DNA from: Nitrospira sp.
GTDB taxonomy: Bacteria; Nitrospirota; Nitrospiria; Nitrospirales; Nitrospiraceae
Direction of reading: 5' to 3'
Length of the DNA stretch: 64,000 bases
NCBI GenBank assembly: GCA_047150005.1
Contig: AP038806.1
Location: forward strand, 1,216,001-1,280,000
Shown: piece by piece, positions 27,388-38,279 of the stretch
How positions within the stretch are numbered: position 1 is the stretch's first letter
Layout: every line of letters begins with the position of its first letter
Made by a program: the position numbers and the translations under genes
The notes under the pieces: generated by a model
Database searches by the model: none
What the model saw: only the letters and a program-made list of their open reading frames with translations
What the model was told of the DNA's origin: nothing

Positions 27388-28188
27388 TTACCCTCTCCTT
27401 TTCCTGATCGCACGGCTGGCCTGTGTCCAGCGATCGCTGCGTCTGAGCAGTGGTTCCCAGGCTCGGAAGCGGTCCATTGCGTCGTAGTGCGTGCTGTCGA
27501 GATGAATGGGCGTCAGTGACACCGCTCCCTCCGCGATTGCCTCATGATCCGAATCCTTGTTTCTGCTCCACGACACCCGGGTGCCTGCGATCCAGTAGTA
27601 CGTTCGGCCATGGGGATCGACTTTCTCAATGATCGGATTATCGAACCGTCGCCGGCTGAGGCAGGTCACTCGGACGTGGGTTGTGCGTGCGAGAGGGCGA
27701 TCCGGAATGTTGACATTGAGGAGCGTTTCTTCCGGCAAGCCCTGCTCAAGGACCAAACGCGCGATACGCACGGCGTGATGGGCGCCCACCGAAAAGCGAA
27801 AGGTCTCGCGACCCTCTTGCGACACCGCGATCGACGATATGCCGAGAATAGTCCCTTCGACTGCAGCGGACACGGTACCGGAGTACAACACGTCGTCACC
27901 AAGGTTCACGCCCTTGTTGATCCCTGAAACCAGGAGCTGTGGGGGCGCCGGAAGGATGTTCTGCAGTGCGAGGTTGACGCAATCGACCGGCGTTCCGTTG
28001 ACGGTGAACATACGCTTTGCCTGTCGATGGACTCTCAGTGGCTTATGCAGCGTCACGGCGTGGGCGACCGCCGTCCGCTCGCGATCCGGCGCAACGACCC
28101 ACACCTGGCCCAGCTTTTCCAGGGCCGCGGCGAGCACGGTCAGTCCCGCGGATGAAATCCCGTCGTCGTTTGTCACCAAAATGCGCAT
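27388..28188 (-). CDS. surE: 5'/3'-nucleotidase SurE
   Basis: ILVTNDDG, GTPVDCV, SGIN.G.NLG..VLYSGTV. Confidence 0.96.
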   Translation of the reverse strand: MRILVTNDDGISSAGLTVLAAALEKLGQVWVVAPDRERTAVAHAVTLHKPLRVHRQAKRMFTVNGTPVDCVNLALQNILPAPPQLLVSGINKGVNLGDDVLYSGTVSAAVEGTILGISSIAVSQEGRETFRFSVGAHHAVRIARLVLEQGLPEETLLNVNIPDRPLARTTHVRVTCLSRRRFDNPIIEKVDPHGRTYYWIAGTRVSWSRNKDSDHEAIAEGAVSLTPIHLDSTHYDAMDRFRAWEPLLRRSDRWTQASRAIRKRRG

Positions 28189-28203
28189 GTGGACACCGGG
28201 CAC

Positions 28204-28227
28204 AAAAAAAGCTGCTCGTCGGCAGCT
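28204..28227 (-). terminator. Intrinsic terminator downstream of tRNA-Pro and just upstream of surE
   Basis: Minus strand AGCTGC-CGACGA-GCAGCT followed by a T-run. Confidence 0.7.
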
Positions 28228-28233
28228 CAGTCG

Positions 28234-28317
28234 ATCAGAGAGGTCCTCATGTCCGGAGCGAACCGCTGGCTCCTCCGGGTGCGCACGTATCGTCGGCGCT
28301 CAGCAGTTCACTCTGAC
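28234..28317 (-). ncRNA. Candidate structured RNA (unassigned)
   Basis: Closing stem GTCAGAG/CTCTGAT encloses hairpins GCGC..GCGC and CCGGAG-GAGCC..GGTTC-G-CTCCGG. Confidence 0.4.
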
Positions 28318-28328
28318 TATTGGCTATT

Positions 28329-28405
28329 TGGTCGGGGCGAGCCGATTTGAACGGCCGACCACTCGCACCCCAAGCGAGTACGCTACCGGGCTGCGCCACG
28401 CCCCG
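28329..28405 (-). tRNA. tRNA-Pro (GGG)
   Basis: CGGGGCG acceptor stem, anticodon arm CTCGC-TTGGGGT-GCGAG, GTTCAAATC T-loop, encoded CCA; 77 nt. Confidence 0.97.
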
Positions 28406-28489
28406 ACAGAAGCCAACATTTTCGCATTCTCTCCTCTGAGGACCTCCGATTGCAACTAGAACAGCCGGATTCTCGGAGGAAGGGTCTTC

Positions 28490-28834
28490 TCAATGAGATT
28501 CCAGGAGTTTCAAAATGGCTTGGAGACTTCCACGCAACTTCTGCGCCAATTCCTTTGGCTTCAGCCGTTGGGCGGAAACCCGGCCTCGCCTAGCCCAATA
28601 CCGTTTCACTCCCTCAAGCGTGTGGCCTTCTTCATAGAGCATCCGCTTAATCTCCAGAACGATCTCAATATCACGCCTGACATACAGTCGCTGATTCCCA
28701 CGGCTTTTTTTGGGTTTCAGAAAGGGAAACTGCGACTCCCAAAACCGCAGGACATATGCGGGTAGCTTCGTGACCTGGCTGACTTCCCCTATTTTATAGA
28801 AGACTTTGCTTCCCAGCCGGGGCTCATTCCCCAT
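28490..28834 (-). CDS. MerR-family transcriptional regulator
   Basis: YKIGEVS..LRFWE..F..LKP.K..GNQRLY; classic ihfA-merR-tRNA-Pro order. Confidence 0.92.
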   Translation of the reverse strand: MGNEPRLGSKVFYKIGEVSQVTKLPAYVLRFWESQFPFLKPKKSRGNQRLYVRRDIEIVLEIKRMLYEEGHTLEGVKRYWARRGRVSAQRLKPKELAQKLRGSLQAILKLLESH

Positions 28835-28875
28835 GACCGATCCTCGTGCCAGGATTTGCGACGTGAGTAACGGGG

Positions 28876-29151
28876 TTATGAATTGACGTACTTTTTGAAT
28901 ACCTGACTGGGACGGAAGGTCACGACACGACGGGGCGTAATCCCGATTTCTTCGCCTGTTCGAGGATTTCGACCTTTTCGTGCACCTTTGCTCCTGACAA
29001 CAAAATTTCCGAAACCAGCGATCTTGACCGATTCTCCCTTTTGCAACACAGCCTTGAGCATGTTCAGCACGAGCTCTACAATGTCCGCCGCCTCATTCTT
29101 CGAAATTCCAACCTGCTTGTAGATTTCGTTCGCAATATCTGCCTTTCTCAT
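28876..29151 (-). CDS. ihfA: Integration host factor alpha subunit (IHF/HU family)
   Basis: IAGFGNF, GRNPRTGEEI.ITPRRVVTFRPS; upstream of merR. Confidence 0.88.
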   Translation of the reverse strand: MRKADIANEIYKQVGISKNEAADIVELVLNMLKAVLQKGESVKIAGFGNFVVRSKGARKGRNPRTGEEIGITPRRVVTFRPSQVFKKYVNS

Positions 29152-29218
29152 GCTTCCCCCTACGCAACTCCTCAGGCCGCTCGGTCAGCTCCTTCGAGCT
29201 AAAAGCTAGTTTCACCAT

Positions 29219-29247
29219 AAGTTACGTGAGGTTATGTGGGCTGTCAA
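29219..29247 (-). promoter_or_regulatory. sigma70 promoter for ihfA-merR
   Basis: Minus strand TTGACA-N17-TAACTT. Confidence 0.6.
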
Positions 29248-29255
29248 GGACAAAT

Positions 29256-30923
29256 TCAGGAGGACGACTGGTCGGAAGACCGGTCTCTGGCGAGCAATTT
29301 ATACTCAATACTATCGGCCAAGGCCTGCCAACTTGCCTCCATGATGTTCTCTGAGACCCCAACCGTTCCCCACTTATCCTTGTGATCTCCAGATTCAATG
29401 AGGACACGCACCTTGGATTCCGTACCACGATTGGCGGAAAGGACCCTCACCTTATAGTCGAGTAACTTCACTTCACGGAGCTCCGGATAAAAGCGCTCCA
29501 ATGACTTCCGCAGGGCATGATCCAGAGCGTTAACGGGCCCGGCCCCTGTTCCTTGGGCATGTGCGACGGTTTCATCCACCTTGACCGTCACCGTGGCTTC
29601 AGAGCTGGAGGTCCCGTCATCTTGCTTTCTCTCGACCACCACGCGAAATCCCAGCAGCTGAAACGAAGGAGTATGGCTCCCCATGGCCTTTCGCATGAGC
29701 AGCTCGAACGAACCTTCCGCCCCTTCAAACTGATAGCCCTGATTCTCCCGTTCCTTAAGCGTTTCAACGAGCTCCCCGACCTTGGAATGATCCTTCGCAA
29801 TCGTCAGTCCGTACGACTCAATTTTTTCCAGGATGCCGCTCCGCCCGACATAGTCGGAAACAAGCATGCGTTGCCGATTGCCCACCCTCGCGGGGTCGAT
29901 ATGCTCATAGGTTGCCGGGTTCTTGAGCACAGCATGGATATGGACGCCGCCTTTATGGGCAAACGCCGCATCACCAACATAGGGCTGGTGCTTGTTGGGC
30001 ATGAGGTTGGCGATTTCTGTGACGAAGCCCGAAACGTCCTTCAGACGGCTGAGTCGATCTCCTAATGCCGGTCGCTTCATCTTCAACTGCAGATTCGGGA
30101 CAATGGAGGTGAGGTTGGCGTTTCCGCAGCGTTCTCCGATCCCGTTGATCGTCCCCTGCACCTGCGTGACCCCTGTTTCGATCGCCATGAGGGAATTGGC
30201 GACCGCCATTTCACAGTCGTTATGGGCATGGATTCCAAGAGGAATCGAGCATTCGGCTTGGACGGCACGACAGATTTCGCGGATTTCCCACGGCATCGAC
30301 CCGCCGTTCGTATCGCAGAGAATGATGCGCGCCGCACCGGCTGCCACAGCCGCACGGATCGTTTTCAGCGCATATTCGGGGTCGGCCTTGTACCCGTCGA
30401 AAAAATGCTCCGCATCATAAAAGACTCGGCGCGCTTTGGACTGCAAATATTCGATCGAGTCCTTAATGATCTCAATGTTCTTGCTCAGTGCGATGCCGAG
30501 GGCGTCCGTGACCTGGAAGGTCCAACTTTTCCCAAACAGCGTGATCGTCTGAGTGTCGGCGGAAAGCAGCGCCTGGATCGTCGGGTCTTTGTCGACAGGA
30601 TTGCTCGCTTTGCGCGTGGAACCGAACGCCACCACGCTCGCATGCTGCAGCGGGATGGTCTTGATGATGCGAAAAAACTCGATATCCTTGGGATTGGCCC
30701 CCGGCCAGCCGCCCTCGATGAAATGAACTCCCAGGTCGTCCAGCTTCTGGGCGATGCGGACCTTGTCCTCAACAGAAAAACTGACGTCCTCAGCCTGCGC
30801 ACCATCACGCAGCGTGGTGTCATAGATTTCAAGCATGGGAACCTTCGGCAGAGTCGCTAACGACACATCAGAACGATCGCCGGTCCGACGTTTGGGCTTG
30901 CGTATTGGCGGACGTTTCGGCAT
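29256..30923 (-). CDS. cimA: Citramalate synthase (DRE-TIM family)
   Basis: YDTTLRDGAQ, IEGGWPGANPKD, YDAEHFFDG, HAHND, GERCGN, HKGGVH, LeuA-type regulatory C-terminus. Confidence 0.9.
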   Translation of the reverse strand: MPKRPPIRKPKRRTGDRSDVSLATLPKVPMLEIYDTTLRDGAQAEDVSFSVEDKVRIAQKLDDLGVHFIEGGWPGANPKDIEFFRIIKTIPLQHASVVAFGSTRKASNPVDKDPTIQALLSADTQTITLFGKSWTFQVTDALGIALSKNIEIIKDSIEYLQSKARRVFYDAEHFFDGYKADPEYALKTIRAAVAAGAARIILCDTNGGSMPWEIREICRAVQAECSIPLGIHAHNDCEMAVANSLMAIETGVTQVQGTINGIGERCGNANLTSIVPNLQLKMKRPALGDRLSRLKDVSGFVTEIANLMPNKHQPYVGDAAFAHKGGVHIHAVLKNPATYEHIDPARVGNRQRMLVSDYVGRSGILEKIESYGLTIAKDHSKVGELVETLKERENQGYQFEGAEGSFELLMRKAMGSHTPSFQLLGFRVVVERKQDDGTSSSEATVTVKVDETVAHAQGTGAGPVNALDHALRKSLERFYPELREVKLLDYKVRVLSANRGTESKVRVLIESGDHKDKWGTVGVSENIMEASWQALADSIEYKLLARDRSSDQSSS

Positions 30924-30980
30924 GACGAGAGGGTACCAGGCGCAGGCCAATCCTGTCGAGACTCAAATCACGGCGGGGCG

Positions 30981-32228
30981 CTACTTCGACGCTCGGTCGT
31001 CATTGCGAGGCTGGTCCAGGCCGAACGCCGAGTGCAGCGACCGCATGGCCAGTTCAAGATATTTTTCATCAATAACGCAGGAGATCTTGATTTCTGAGGT
31101 GCTGATCATGATGATGTTGACACCTTCCTGCGACAGGACTTCAAACATCTTGGCGGCCACCCCCGAGTGGGAACGCATCCCCACCCCTACCAGCGAAACT
31201 TTGGCAATCGCCTCCGTGACAGAGACGGATTTGGCCCCGATGTTCTTGGCCACGTCCTGAATGAGCGGGACGGCCTTTTTCACATCCACCCGAGGAATTG
31301 TAAATGAGATGTCGGTCAAGGCGGCTTGGCTCATATTCTGAATGATCACATCAACAAGGATATTCGCCTTGGCCACCGGCCCGAAAAGACCGGCCGCGAT
31401 GCCCGGCTTGTCCGGCACCCCGACGATCGTGATCTTGGCCTGATTCCGGTCGCCCGTGACTCCGGAAACCGCGACGGCCTCCATGTCCCTGTCTTCGCGT
31501 GTCACAAGAGTCCCCTTTCCTTCCTTGAAACTCGAATTGACCTCCAGCGGGACGTTGAATTTTGCCGCAAATTCCACGGAGCGGCTCTGCAGCACTTTCG
31601 CCCCGAGGCTGGCCATTTCCAACATCTCTTCATACGAAATCTTGTCGATGCGGCATGCCGACGGCACGATATTGGGGTCGGTGGTGTAGACGCCGTCGAC
31701 GTCCGTGAAGATCACGCATCGATCGGCCTTGAGCGCCCCGGCCAATGCGACCGCCGTCAGATCGGACCCTCCGCGTCCCAGTGTCGTGACGTCCGATTGC
31801 TGGTTGATCCCCTGGAAGCCGGCCACGACGGGGATGATGCCCCTTGCCAGCGATTCGCGTATGCGCTCGGCGGTGACCTTGGTGATACGGGCCTTGGTAT
31901 GGGCACTGTCCGTCAAGATGCCGACCTGACGACCGGTGAATGATCGCGCATCGATATTGCGGCCCCGTAACGCCATCGCCAGAAGGGCGATGGTGACGCG
32001 CTCGCCGGTCGAAAGCAGCATATCGAGCTCCCGTTCATCCGGCAGGGGAGTCATTTCGTGTGCGAGGCGCAACAAGCGATCCGTCTCGCCGCTCATGGCC
32101 GATAACACCACGACGACCTGATGCCCGTCCTTACACGCCCGCTCGACATTATCCGCAACGCGCTGGATCCGCTCGACCGTACCGACAGAGGTTCCGCCGT
32201 ATTTCTGAACGATCAAGGACATCGGCAT
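30981..32228 (-). CDS. lysC: Aspartate kinase
   Basis: [18 protein letters not shown], two ACT domains ([10 protein letters not shown]). Confidence 0.96.
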   Translation of the reverse strand: MPMSLIVQKYGGTSVGTVERIQRVADNVERACKDGHQVVVVLSAMSGETDRLLRLAHEMTPLPDERELDMLLSTGERVTIALLAMALRGRNIDARSFTGRQVGILTDSAHTKARITKVTAERIRESLARGIIPVVAGFQGINQQSDVTTLGRGGSDLTAVALAGALKADRCVIFTDVDGVYTTDPNIVPSACRIDKISYEEMLEMASLGAKVLQSRSVEFAAKFNVPLEVNSSFKEGKGTLVTREDRDMEAVAVSGVTGDRNQAKITIVGVPDKPGIAAGLFGPVAKANILVDVIIQNMSQAALTDISFTIPRVDVKKAVPLIQDVAKNIGAKSVSVTEAIAKVSLVGVGMRSHSGVAAKMFEVLSQEGVNIIMISTSEIKISCVIDEKYLELAMRSLHSAFGLDQPRNDDRASK

Positions 32229-33469
32229 CAGGAGGGCTTGGCAAACAGTCGTACGACGAATTTCGTGGCATCCCGAGGCGCGAGGGTCGACGCCTGTGCA
32301 TCCGCTTCGGTGAAACGCCGTGTGGCGCCTGCAGCCGGCTGTACTGAGCTATCCCGATACGTATAAAACCATTGTCCGTCGGCCAGTCCCCCCTGATGCA
32401 CGCTGCCAGGGTCACAGAGGACCATGAGGCGGTATGGGCCCAATTGCGCCATCCCACGGAGAAGCGGCTGAACCAACTCCCGATCAATGTCTTCAATCCC
32501 GGTCACTTTGGCTTTGACATCGGTGCCATAGACGACAGTATCCGGCAATTCGACATGCACATAGGCGAAATCTTTCCTTCTGAGTTCCTCCAGCGCAACC
32601 GCGGCTCTCCCGGCCAAATCCGTCCCGGACAACCGCTCGGGATCCACCGCTTCAAGCCCCGCGAGCAGGCCGAGGCCTCGATGGACATCGCTCGAGGACA
32701 CAACGACTCCGGAAACGTGAAACCGCTCAGTCAGGCTCGGCCACGCGACGGCTCGCCCTTCGCCCCACAGCCAGAGGCAATTGGCCGGCGCGAGACCTGC
32801 TTCTCGACGTTCATCGTTCACCGGATGATCTCGCAAAATGGTTAAGGAGGCGTCCATGAGTTTTCGAAGCATGTCCGCTCCGTCTCCTGCGGGGAGTGCA
32901 TCGCCGATGGGCTTCCCCACCAGAGACTGCGGATCGGTGCACATCGCCCTGAGCTTTCCGTTCACCCATACCATCAGGTGTCGATGTCCCGATCCTGGAT
33001 AAAACTGAATGATCTCAGACCCCAGCTGCTCATTGACTGCATCGATCAACTCCCGCGCCTCCGCACCTGTAATCAGGCCGGCCGTCGCGTCTTCCATAAT
33101 CACATGGGCGCCGAGCTTCTTGACCTCGGATGCCCCGCTCTTGACACCGGATTGCGGCTCAGGCTTGAGCGTGACCATGGTGCATCGATAGACCACGTCA
33201 TGTTCGCCGACGGTAACGCCGAGACTTGCCGCCTCCAGCGGGCCGGGACCTTGATAATATTTTCGCGGCTCATAGCCGAGGATGCAGGTACCGGTCAACC
33301 CGCTGCCGTGTCGGCTATTGTCCGGTGGGACCGTCAGAACCCCGAGTTCTCCGTTTTGTGCAAGGTGATCGAGGTGAGAGATTGAAGCAGCCTGAAGAGG
33401 GGTCTTGCCGCCCAGTTCAGTGCGAGGCTGATCCGCCATTCCATCCGCGTGCAGAATCACATACTTCAT
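32228..33469 (-). CDS. ApgM-like cofactor-independent phosphoglycerate mutase homolog (candidate homoserine kinase) with a divergent active site
   Basis: [38 protein letters not shown]....PAN.LWLWGEG; embedded in the thr operon. Confidence 0.8.
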   Translation of the reverse strand: MKYVILHADGMADQPRTELGGKTPLQAASISHLDHLAQNGELGVLTVPPDNSRHGSGLTGTCILGYEPRKYYQGPGPLEAASLGVTVGEHDVVYRCTMVTLKPEPQSGVKSGASEVKKLGAHVIMEDATAGLITGAEARELIDAVNEQLGSEIIQFYPGSGHRHLMVWVNGKLRAMCTDPQSLVGKPIGDALPAGDGADMLRKLMDASLTILRDHPVNDERREAGLAPANCLWLWGEGRAVAWPSLTERFHVSGVVVSSSDVHRGLGLLAGLEAVDPERLSGTDLAGRAAVALEELRRKDFAYVHVELPDTVVYGTDVKAKVTGIEDIDRELVQPLLRGMAQLGPYRLMVLCDPGSVHQGGLADGQWFYTYRDSSVQPAAGATRRFTEADAQASTLAPRDATKFVVRLFAKPS

Positions 33470-33645
33470 TGAAACCATACCCACTTCGTTGATGACGTGC
33501 CCTTCCCCTTCGACGCGAGACCTCCCTGCACGGAGGCCCAGAACGGCATCCGGCCTCGTCGTGATGAGGCGGCGCCTATGTCGTTGTCGTCGAGGCGCAG
33601 CGGCTGATGCGGTCCGGAGGTCGGCAGATACTTCAGCATGATCGT

Positions 33646-34704
33646 CTAGACTTTGAGGAACCGAGCCACATCCTCCTTGTTCGCCTGGACAGTTTTCGGC
33701 TGCACCGACACACTGATAGCAGTATCGGCATCCTTCAAGCCGTGGCCGGTCAAGGTACAGACGACGGTGTCCCCCTCGCGGAGCGCACCCTGCCGGCTGA
33801 GCTTGATGACCCCGGCAACGGAGGCCGCCGAAGCCGGCTCACAGAACACGCCCTCCGTTCCGGCCACCATGGTATAGGCCTGGAGGATCTCTTCGTCCAA
33901 AACCGAGTCAATGGCTCCCGAGGAGTCCTTGATCACCCCCAAAGCGGCTTGCCAACTCGCGGGATTACCGATTCGGATGGCCGTCGCCACGGTCTGCGGG
34001 TTTTCAACGACACGGCCGAGTACCATCGGAGCCGCTCCCGCGGCCTGAAAGCCCATCATGCGCGGCGAGCGGGTCGTCTGGTTGGCTGCGCGGTATTCTT
34101 GATATCCCTTCCAATACGCGATGATGTTTCCGGCATTTCCTACCGGCAACACATGCAAAGTCGGGGCGTCACCCAATTGATCGCACACCTCCATGGCCGC
34201 CGTCTTCTGGCCTTCGATCCGATACGGATTGAGCGAGTTGACGAGCTCGATGTGATGCAACGCCGACACCTCTTTGACAATCGAGAGCGCCTGATCGAAA
34301 TTCCCGTCGATCTGAATCACCGTGGCCTGATGCATCATGGCTTGCGACAGTTTGCCCATCGCGATCTTCCCCGCAGGGATCAGAACAAAGACCGCCAGTC
34401 CTGCACGCGCGCCGTAGGCCGCCGCCGACGCAGACGTATTGCCGGTCGACGCACAGATGACCGCCTGCACGCCGTTCTCCAGCGCTTTGGAAATCGCCAT
34501 GGTCATGCCGCGATCCTTGAAGGATCCGGTCGGATTGGCCCCCTCGACTTTCAAGTAGAGATCGACGCCGGGCGCAATTTTTTTGGCGAGCTTGGCCGCC
34601 CGGATGAGAGGCGTGTTCCCCTCTCCTAAGGACACGACCGGCGTGTGTTCGCTCACGGGGAGGAACTTGCGGTATTCTTCGATCAACCCGTGCCAGGGAC
34701 TCAT
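33646..34704 (-). CDS. thrC: Threonine synthase
   Basis: [11 protein letters not shown] (PLP lysine), [25 protein letters not shown]. Confidence 0.96.
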   Translation of the reverse strand: MSPWHGLIEEYRKFLPVSEHTPVVSLGEGNTPLIRAAKLAKKIAPGVDLYLKVEGANPTGSFKDRGMTMAISKALENGVQAVICASTGNTSASAAAYGARAGLAVFVLIPAGKIAMGKLSQAMMHQATVIQIDGNFDQALSIVKEVSALHHIELVNSLNPYRIEGQKTAAMEVCDQLGDAPTLHVLPVGNAGNIIAYWKGYQEYRAANQTTRSPRMMGFQAAGAAPMVLGRVVENPQTVATAIRIGNPASWQAALGVIKDSSGAIDSVLDEEILQAYTMVAGTEGVFCEPASAASVAGVIKLSRQGALREGDTVVCTLTGHGLKDADTAISVSVQPKTVQANKEDVARFLKV

Positions 34705-34708
34705 GGCA

Positions 34709-36022
34709 TCACTCGTCCTTGCCCTCCACGCGCACCAGAGTGGTCGGCTCGGACATGAAGTTCATGCGGTTGATCTCTCGCAGCGCCATCTGGACGGCTC
34801 GCTCTTGTGCCGTGTGCGTCTTGATCACGATCGGCACCGTTTGTCCCGCTCGACGTCCCTTTTGCAACATGGACGAAATGCTGATTCCATAGCGGCCGAG
34901 TTCACCGGCTATTTGCGCCAACACACCGGGACGATCGAGCACCATGAATCGCAAATAGTACAGCGAGCTGATCTCATCCATCGGTCGCATGCGCAAGGGA
35001 CGCCGCTGGTCCTGCTGGAATGAGGCGGGCGGAACACGGCCGGCGCCGCCCTTCAGCAGATGGCGGGCGCTGGCAATGATGTCGCTCACCACGGCACTGC
35101 CCGCTGCCAGGTCGCCGGCCCCTCGACCGACAAGGACGACGTCCCCCACCGCATCGCCGACCACCTGAATCGCGTTGTAGACACCTTCGATCTTGGCCAA
35201 CGGGGAATCAGCCGAGAGCATCGTGGGGTGCACCCTTGCCTCCACCTCGCCGTCGACCAGCTTGGCGATACCCAACAATTTGATCGTGAATCCGAACTCC
35301 CGGGCATAGGCGATATCATGCGGCGTGATGTGCGTGATGCCCTCCGTATAGAGTTCCTTGAAGTTAATCGGAGAGCCGAAGGCCAAGTTTGCCAGGATCG
35401 CCAGCTTATGCGCCGAGTCTGTCCCCGCCACGTCGAACGTCGGATCGGCTTCTGCGTACCCCGCCCGCTGCGCTTCAGCCAGATTCTCTGCAAACCCCTG
35501 CCCTTCATTCGTCATGCGGGACAAAATGTAGTTGGATGTCCCGTTGATGATGCCGTAAATCGATTGAATCGCATTGGCCGCCAATCCTTCCGTCAAGGCA
35601 CGGATGACGGGAATCCCGCCGCCGACACTGGCTTCGAACCCGAGATCGACTCCCTTGCGGGCCGCGGCCGCAAACAACTCTTCGCCGTGAAGCGCGAGCA
35701 GCGCCTTATTGGCCGTGACGACATGCTTTCCGGCTTCGATCGCGTCCAGGAGGATTCGCTTGGCGAAGTCACAGCCGCCGATCAGTTCAACGACGATGTC
35801 GACATGGGGATCGGCCAAAACCTGCTTGGCATCGTTCACGAGGACACCCGGCGCCACATCGATCCCCCGGCTGCGCGTGATGTCGAGATCGGCGATCCGG
35901 ACGAGCTCAAGCGGAACCCCCACCCGTCGCCGGATGATCGCCGCATTGTCCAGCAAGATCCTGGCGACCCCAGACCCGACCGTACCGAACCCGACAATCC
36001 CAACCCCCACGCGCGATCTCAT
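34709..36022 (-). CDS. hom: Homoserine dehydrogenase with C-terminal ACT domain
   Basis: [37 protein letters not shown]. Confidence 0.96.
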   Translation of the reverse strand: MRSRVGVGIVGFGTVGSGVARILLDNAAIIRRRVGVPLELVRIADLDITRSRGIDVAPGVLVNDAKQVLADPHVDIVVELIGGCDFAKRILLDAIEAGKHVVTANKALLALHGEELFAAAARKGVDLGFEASVGGGIPVIRALTEGLAANAIQSIYGIINGTSNYILSRMTNEGQGFAENLAEAQRAGYAEADPTFDVAGTDSAHKLAILANLAFGSPINFKELYTEGITHITPHDIAYAREFGFTIKLLGIAKLVDGEVEARVHPTMLSADSPLAKIEGVYNAIQVVGDAVGDVVLVGRGAGDLAAGSAVVSDIIASARHLLKGGAGRVPPASFQQDQRRPLRMRPMDEISSLYYLRFMVLDRPGVLAQIAGELGRYGISISSMLQKGRRAGQTVPIVIKTHTAQERAVQMALREINRMNFMSEPTTLVRVEGKDE

Positions 36023-37215
36023 TCTTCCGTTCCCTCAAGCTTCAAGGCCTTGCGAACGCCCCTGACCGCTTGTCTCGTTCGATGCTCGTTCTCGACCAAG
36101 GCGAACCGAACATATTCGTCGCCGCCCTCGCCGAAGCCGATTCCCGGCGACACAGCGACTTTCGCCTCTCGTAAGAGCAGTTTGGAAAATTCCAGCGATC
36201 CCATATGGCGATACGGCAACGGAATCCTGGCCCAGACGAACATCGTCGCCCGTGGCTTGGCGACGTTCCAACCGATGCGATTTAAACCGCTCACCAGGAC
36301 ATCGCGCCGTTTCTGATAGCGCGACACCGTGTCCTTGACGCAATCCTGAGGCCCATTCAGCGCGATGACGCTGGCGATCTGTAGCGGCTGGAAGATCCCG
36401 TAGTCCAGGTAGCTCTTGATCTTGGCTAAGGCACCGACCACTTCGCTGTTACCGACACAAAACCCCACCCGCCATCCCGGCATGTTGTAGGCCTTGGATA
36501 GCGTATAGAACTCGACCCCGACGTCCTTGGCGCCTTGCACCTGAAGAAAGCTTGGAGCCTTGTACCCGTCGAACACCAGGTCGGCATAGGCGAGATCATG
36601 AATGACGATGACGTTGTGCTCCTTGGCAAAAGCCACGATTTTCTTGAAGAACTCCAGATCGGCGACGGCCGTGGTGGGATTGTGAGGAAAATTGATGACG
36701 AGAATTCTCGGCCGAGGAAATGTCTGCCGATAGACGCGCTGAAGATCGTCGAAAAAATCGCTGTCGGGCCGCAATTCAATCCCGCGGACTTCTCCACCCG
36801 CGATGATGAAGCTGTACATATGGATCGGATAGGTCGGCGTCGGGGTCAACACCACATCGCCGGGGCCAATTATGGCGAGAGACAAATGTGCCAACCCTTC
36901 TTTCGAGCCGATCGTGACGATCGCTTCCGTTTCTGGATCCAAGTCGACGTCGTAGTTGCGCCGATACCAGGCGGCGATGGCATGGCGCAGCTTGGTGATG
37001 CCGCGGGACGCGGAGTAGCGATGATTCCTTCCTTTCCGCGCCGCTTCGATCATCTTTTCGACGATGTGCGGAGGTGTCGGCTGATCCGGGTTGCCCATCC
37101 CGAAATCGATGATGTCTTCCCCGCGATGGCGAGCGTCCAGTTTCAGGCTCTGCACCTGGGCAAAGACATACGGAGGAAGCCGTTTCAACCGGTAGAAGTG
37201 ATCAGCTAATCCCAT
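36019..37215 (-). CDS. alaC: Class I/II PLP aminotransferase (AlaC-like)
   Basis: [48 protein letters not shown]. Confidence 0.8.
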   Translation of the reverse strand: MGLADHFYRLKRLPPYVFAQVQSLKLDARHRGEDIIDFGMGNPDQPTPPHIVEKMIEAARKGRNHRYSASRGITKLRHAIAAWYRRNYDVDLDPETEAIVTIGSKEGLAHLSLAIIGPGDVVLTPTPTYPIHMYSFIIAGGEVRGIELRPDSDFFDDLQRVYRQTFPRPRILVINFPHNPTTAVADLEFFKKIVAFAKEHNVIVIHDLAYADLVFDGYKAPSFLQVQGAKDVGVEFYTLSKAYNMPGWRVGFCVGNSEVVGALAKIKSYLDYGIFQPLQIASVIALNGPQDCVKDTVSRYQKRRDVLVSGLNRIGWNVAKPRATMFVWARIPLPYRHMGSLEFSKLLLREAKVAVSPGIGFGEGGDEYVRFALVENEHRTRQAVRGVRKALKLEGTEE

Positions 37216-37499
37216 AACGCGAGATGTCGTCGTATTCGATGAGTGGATGCAGGCTCGGGACGGATACGCCCTCGTTAGCCGACGAGCGCGTATTCTAATT
37301 GTGGCGGGGCAGCAGAGTCAAATTGTCGCGTGTTTCTGTGGGGTTCGGCAAGACGACGTCGGGGACGCCGCGCATGTCACCGACGTGCTCCCCATTTCTT
37401 GCCCCGTTCCGAGGATTTCTGCTACAACAGCCGACGACTCTCCTACCCATATCCGACTTCGGCTCTTTTCGTCGATCTGGCTTCAAGATGGAGGTGGCA

Positions 37500-38213
37500 G
37501 TGCCTAGACTGGGTGTCAACATTGATCACATCGCGACTCTCCGTCAAGCGCGCGGCGGGCCGGACCCCGACCCGATCGCCGCCGCGGTGTTGGTGGAACT
37601 GGCAGGGGCGGACGGAATTGTCGTCCATCTTCGCGAGGATCGCCGTCACATTCAGGATCGTGACGTTCGGCTGCTTCGTGACATGATCCACACGAAGCTC
37701 GATCTTGAAATCGCCGCCGATGAAGACATGGCGAAGATCGCCCTGGGGATCAGGCCGGACATGGTCACGCTCGTTCCCGAGCGACGGCAGGAATTGACGA
37801 CCGAGGGCGGTCTTGATGCCGTCGGCCACAAGGATCGTCTCCATCAGATCGTGGACCTTCTGCACAATGGCGGCATTTCCGTCAGCCTGTTCGTCGAACC
37901 CGATCTCTCGCAAGTCAAGGCAGCCCATAAACTCTCGGTAGATTTCGTCGAGCTTCATACCGGGCGCTACGCCAATGCGCAACGGGCTAAGGAGGCCGAC
38001 GCCGCGGTAGAAGCCATCACCCAGTCGGCAAAATTGGCCTATAAGCTTGGCCTCGGCGTCAACGCAGGCCACGGTTTGAATTACCTGAACGTGAAGCGCC
38101 TGATGCACATCCCGGAGATCGTGGAATACAACATCGGCCACAGCATCATGGCCCGAGCGATGCTGGTCGGTCTCGATCGCGCGGTAAGGGAGATGAAGGC
38201 GCTCGTCGGTTGA
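37500..38213 (+). CDS. pdxJ: Pyridoxine 5'-phosphate synthase
   Basis: [48 protein letters not shown] start after GGAGG. Confidence 0.97.
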   Translation: MPRLGVNIDHIATLRQARGGPDPDPIAAAVLVELAGADGIVVHLREDRRHIQDRDVRLLRDMIHTKLDLEIAADEDMAKIALGIRPDMVTLVPERRQELTTEGGLDAVGHKDRLHQIVDLLHNGGISVSLFVEPDLSQVKAAHKLSVDFVELHTGRYANAQRAKEADAAVEAITQSAKLAYKLGLGVNAGHGLNYLNVKRLMHIPEIVEYNIGHSIMARAMLVGLDRAVREMKALVG

Positions 38214-38279
38214 GCGCCGGGGAGCAGGAGGCGCTCATTCCCATCGTGCCGTTAGGATCATGATCAGGCGAGGTCTTCT

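Noticed and set aside
28234..28317. Hammerhead ribozyme or guanidine-II riboswitch identity for the structured RNA
   Set aside because: CUGCUGA is not followed by the GAAA core after stem II, and the ACGA sequences are not in paired tetraloop hairpins.
28329..28405. tRNA-Pro as the attachment site of an integrated element
   Set aside because: No integrase and no duplicated tRNA 3' end seen; core genes flank both sides.
38214..38279. acpS missing between pdxJ and nnr
   Set aside because: The gap is only 66 bp with no visible remnant; ordinary gene-order variation.
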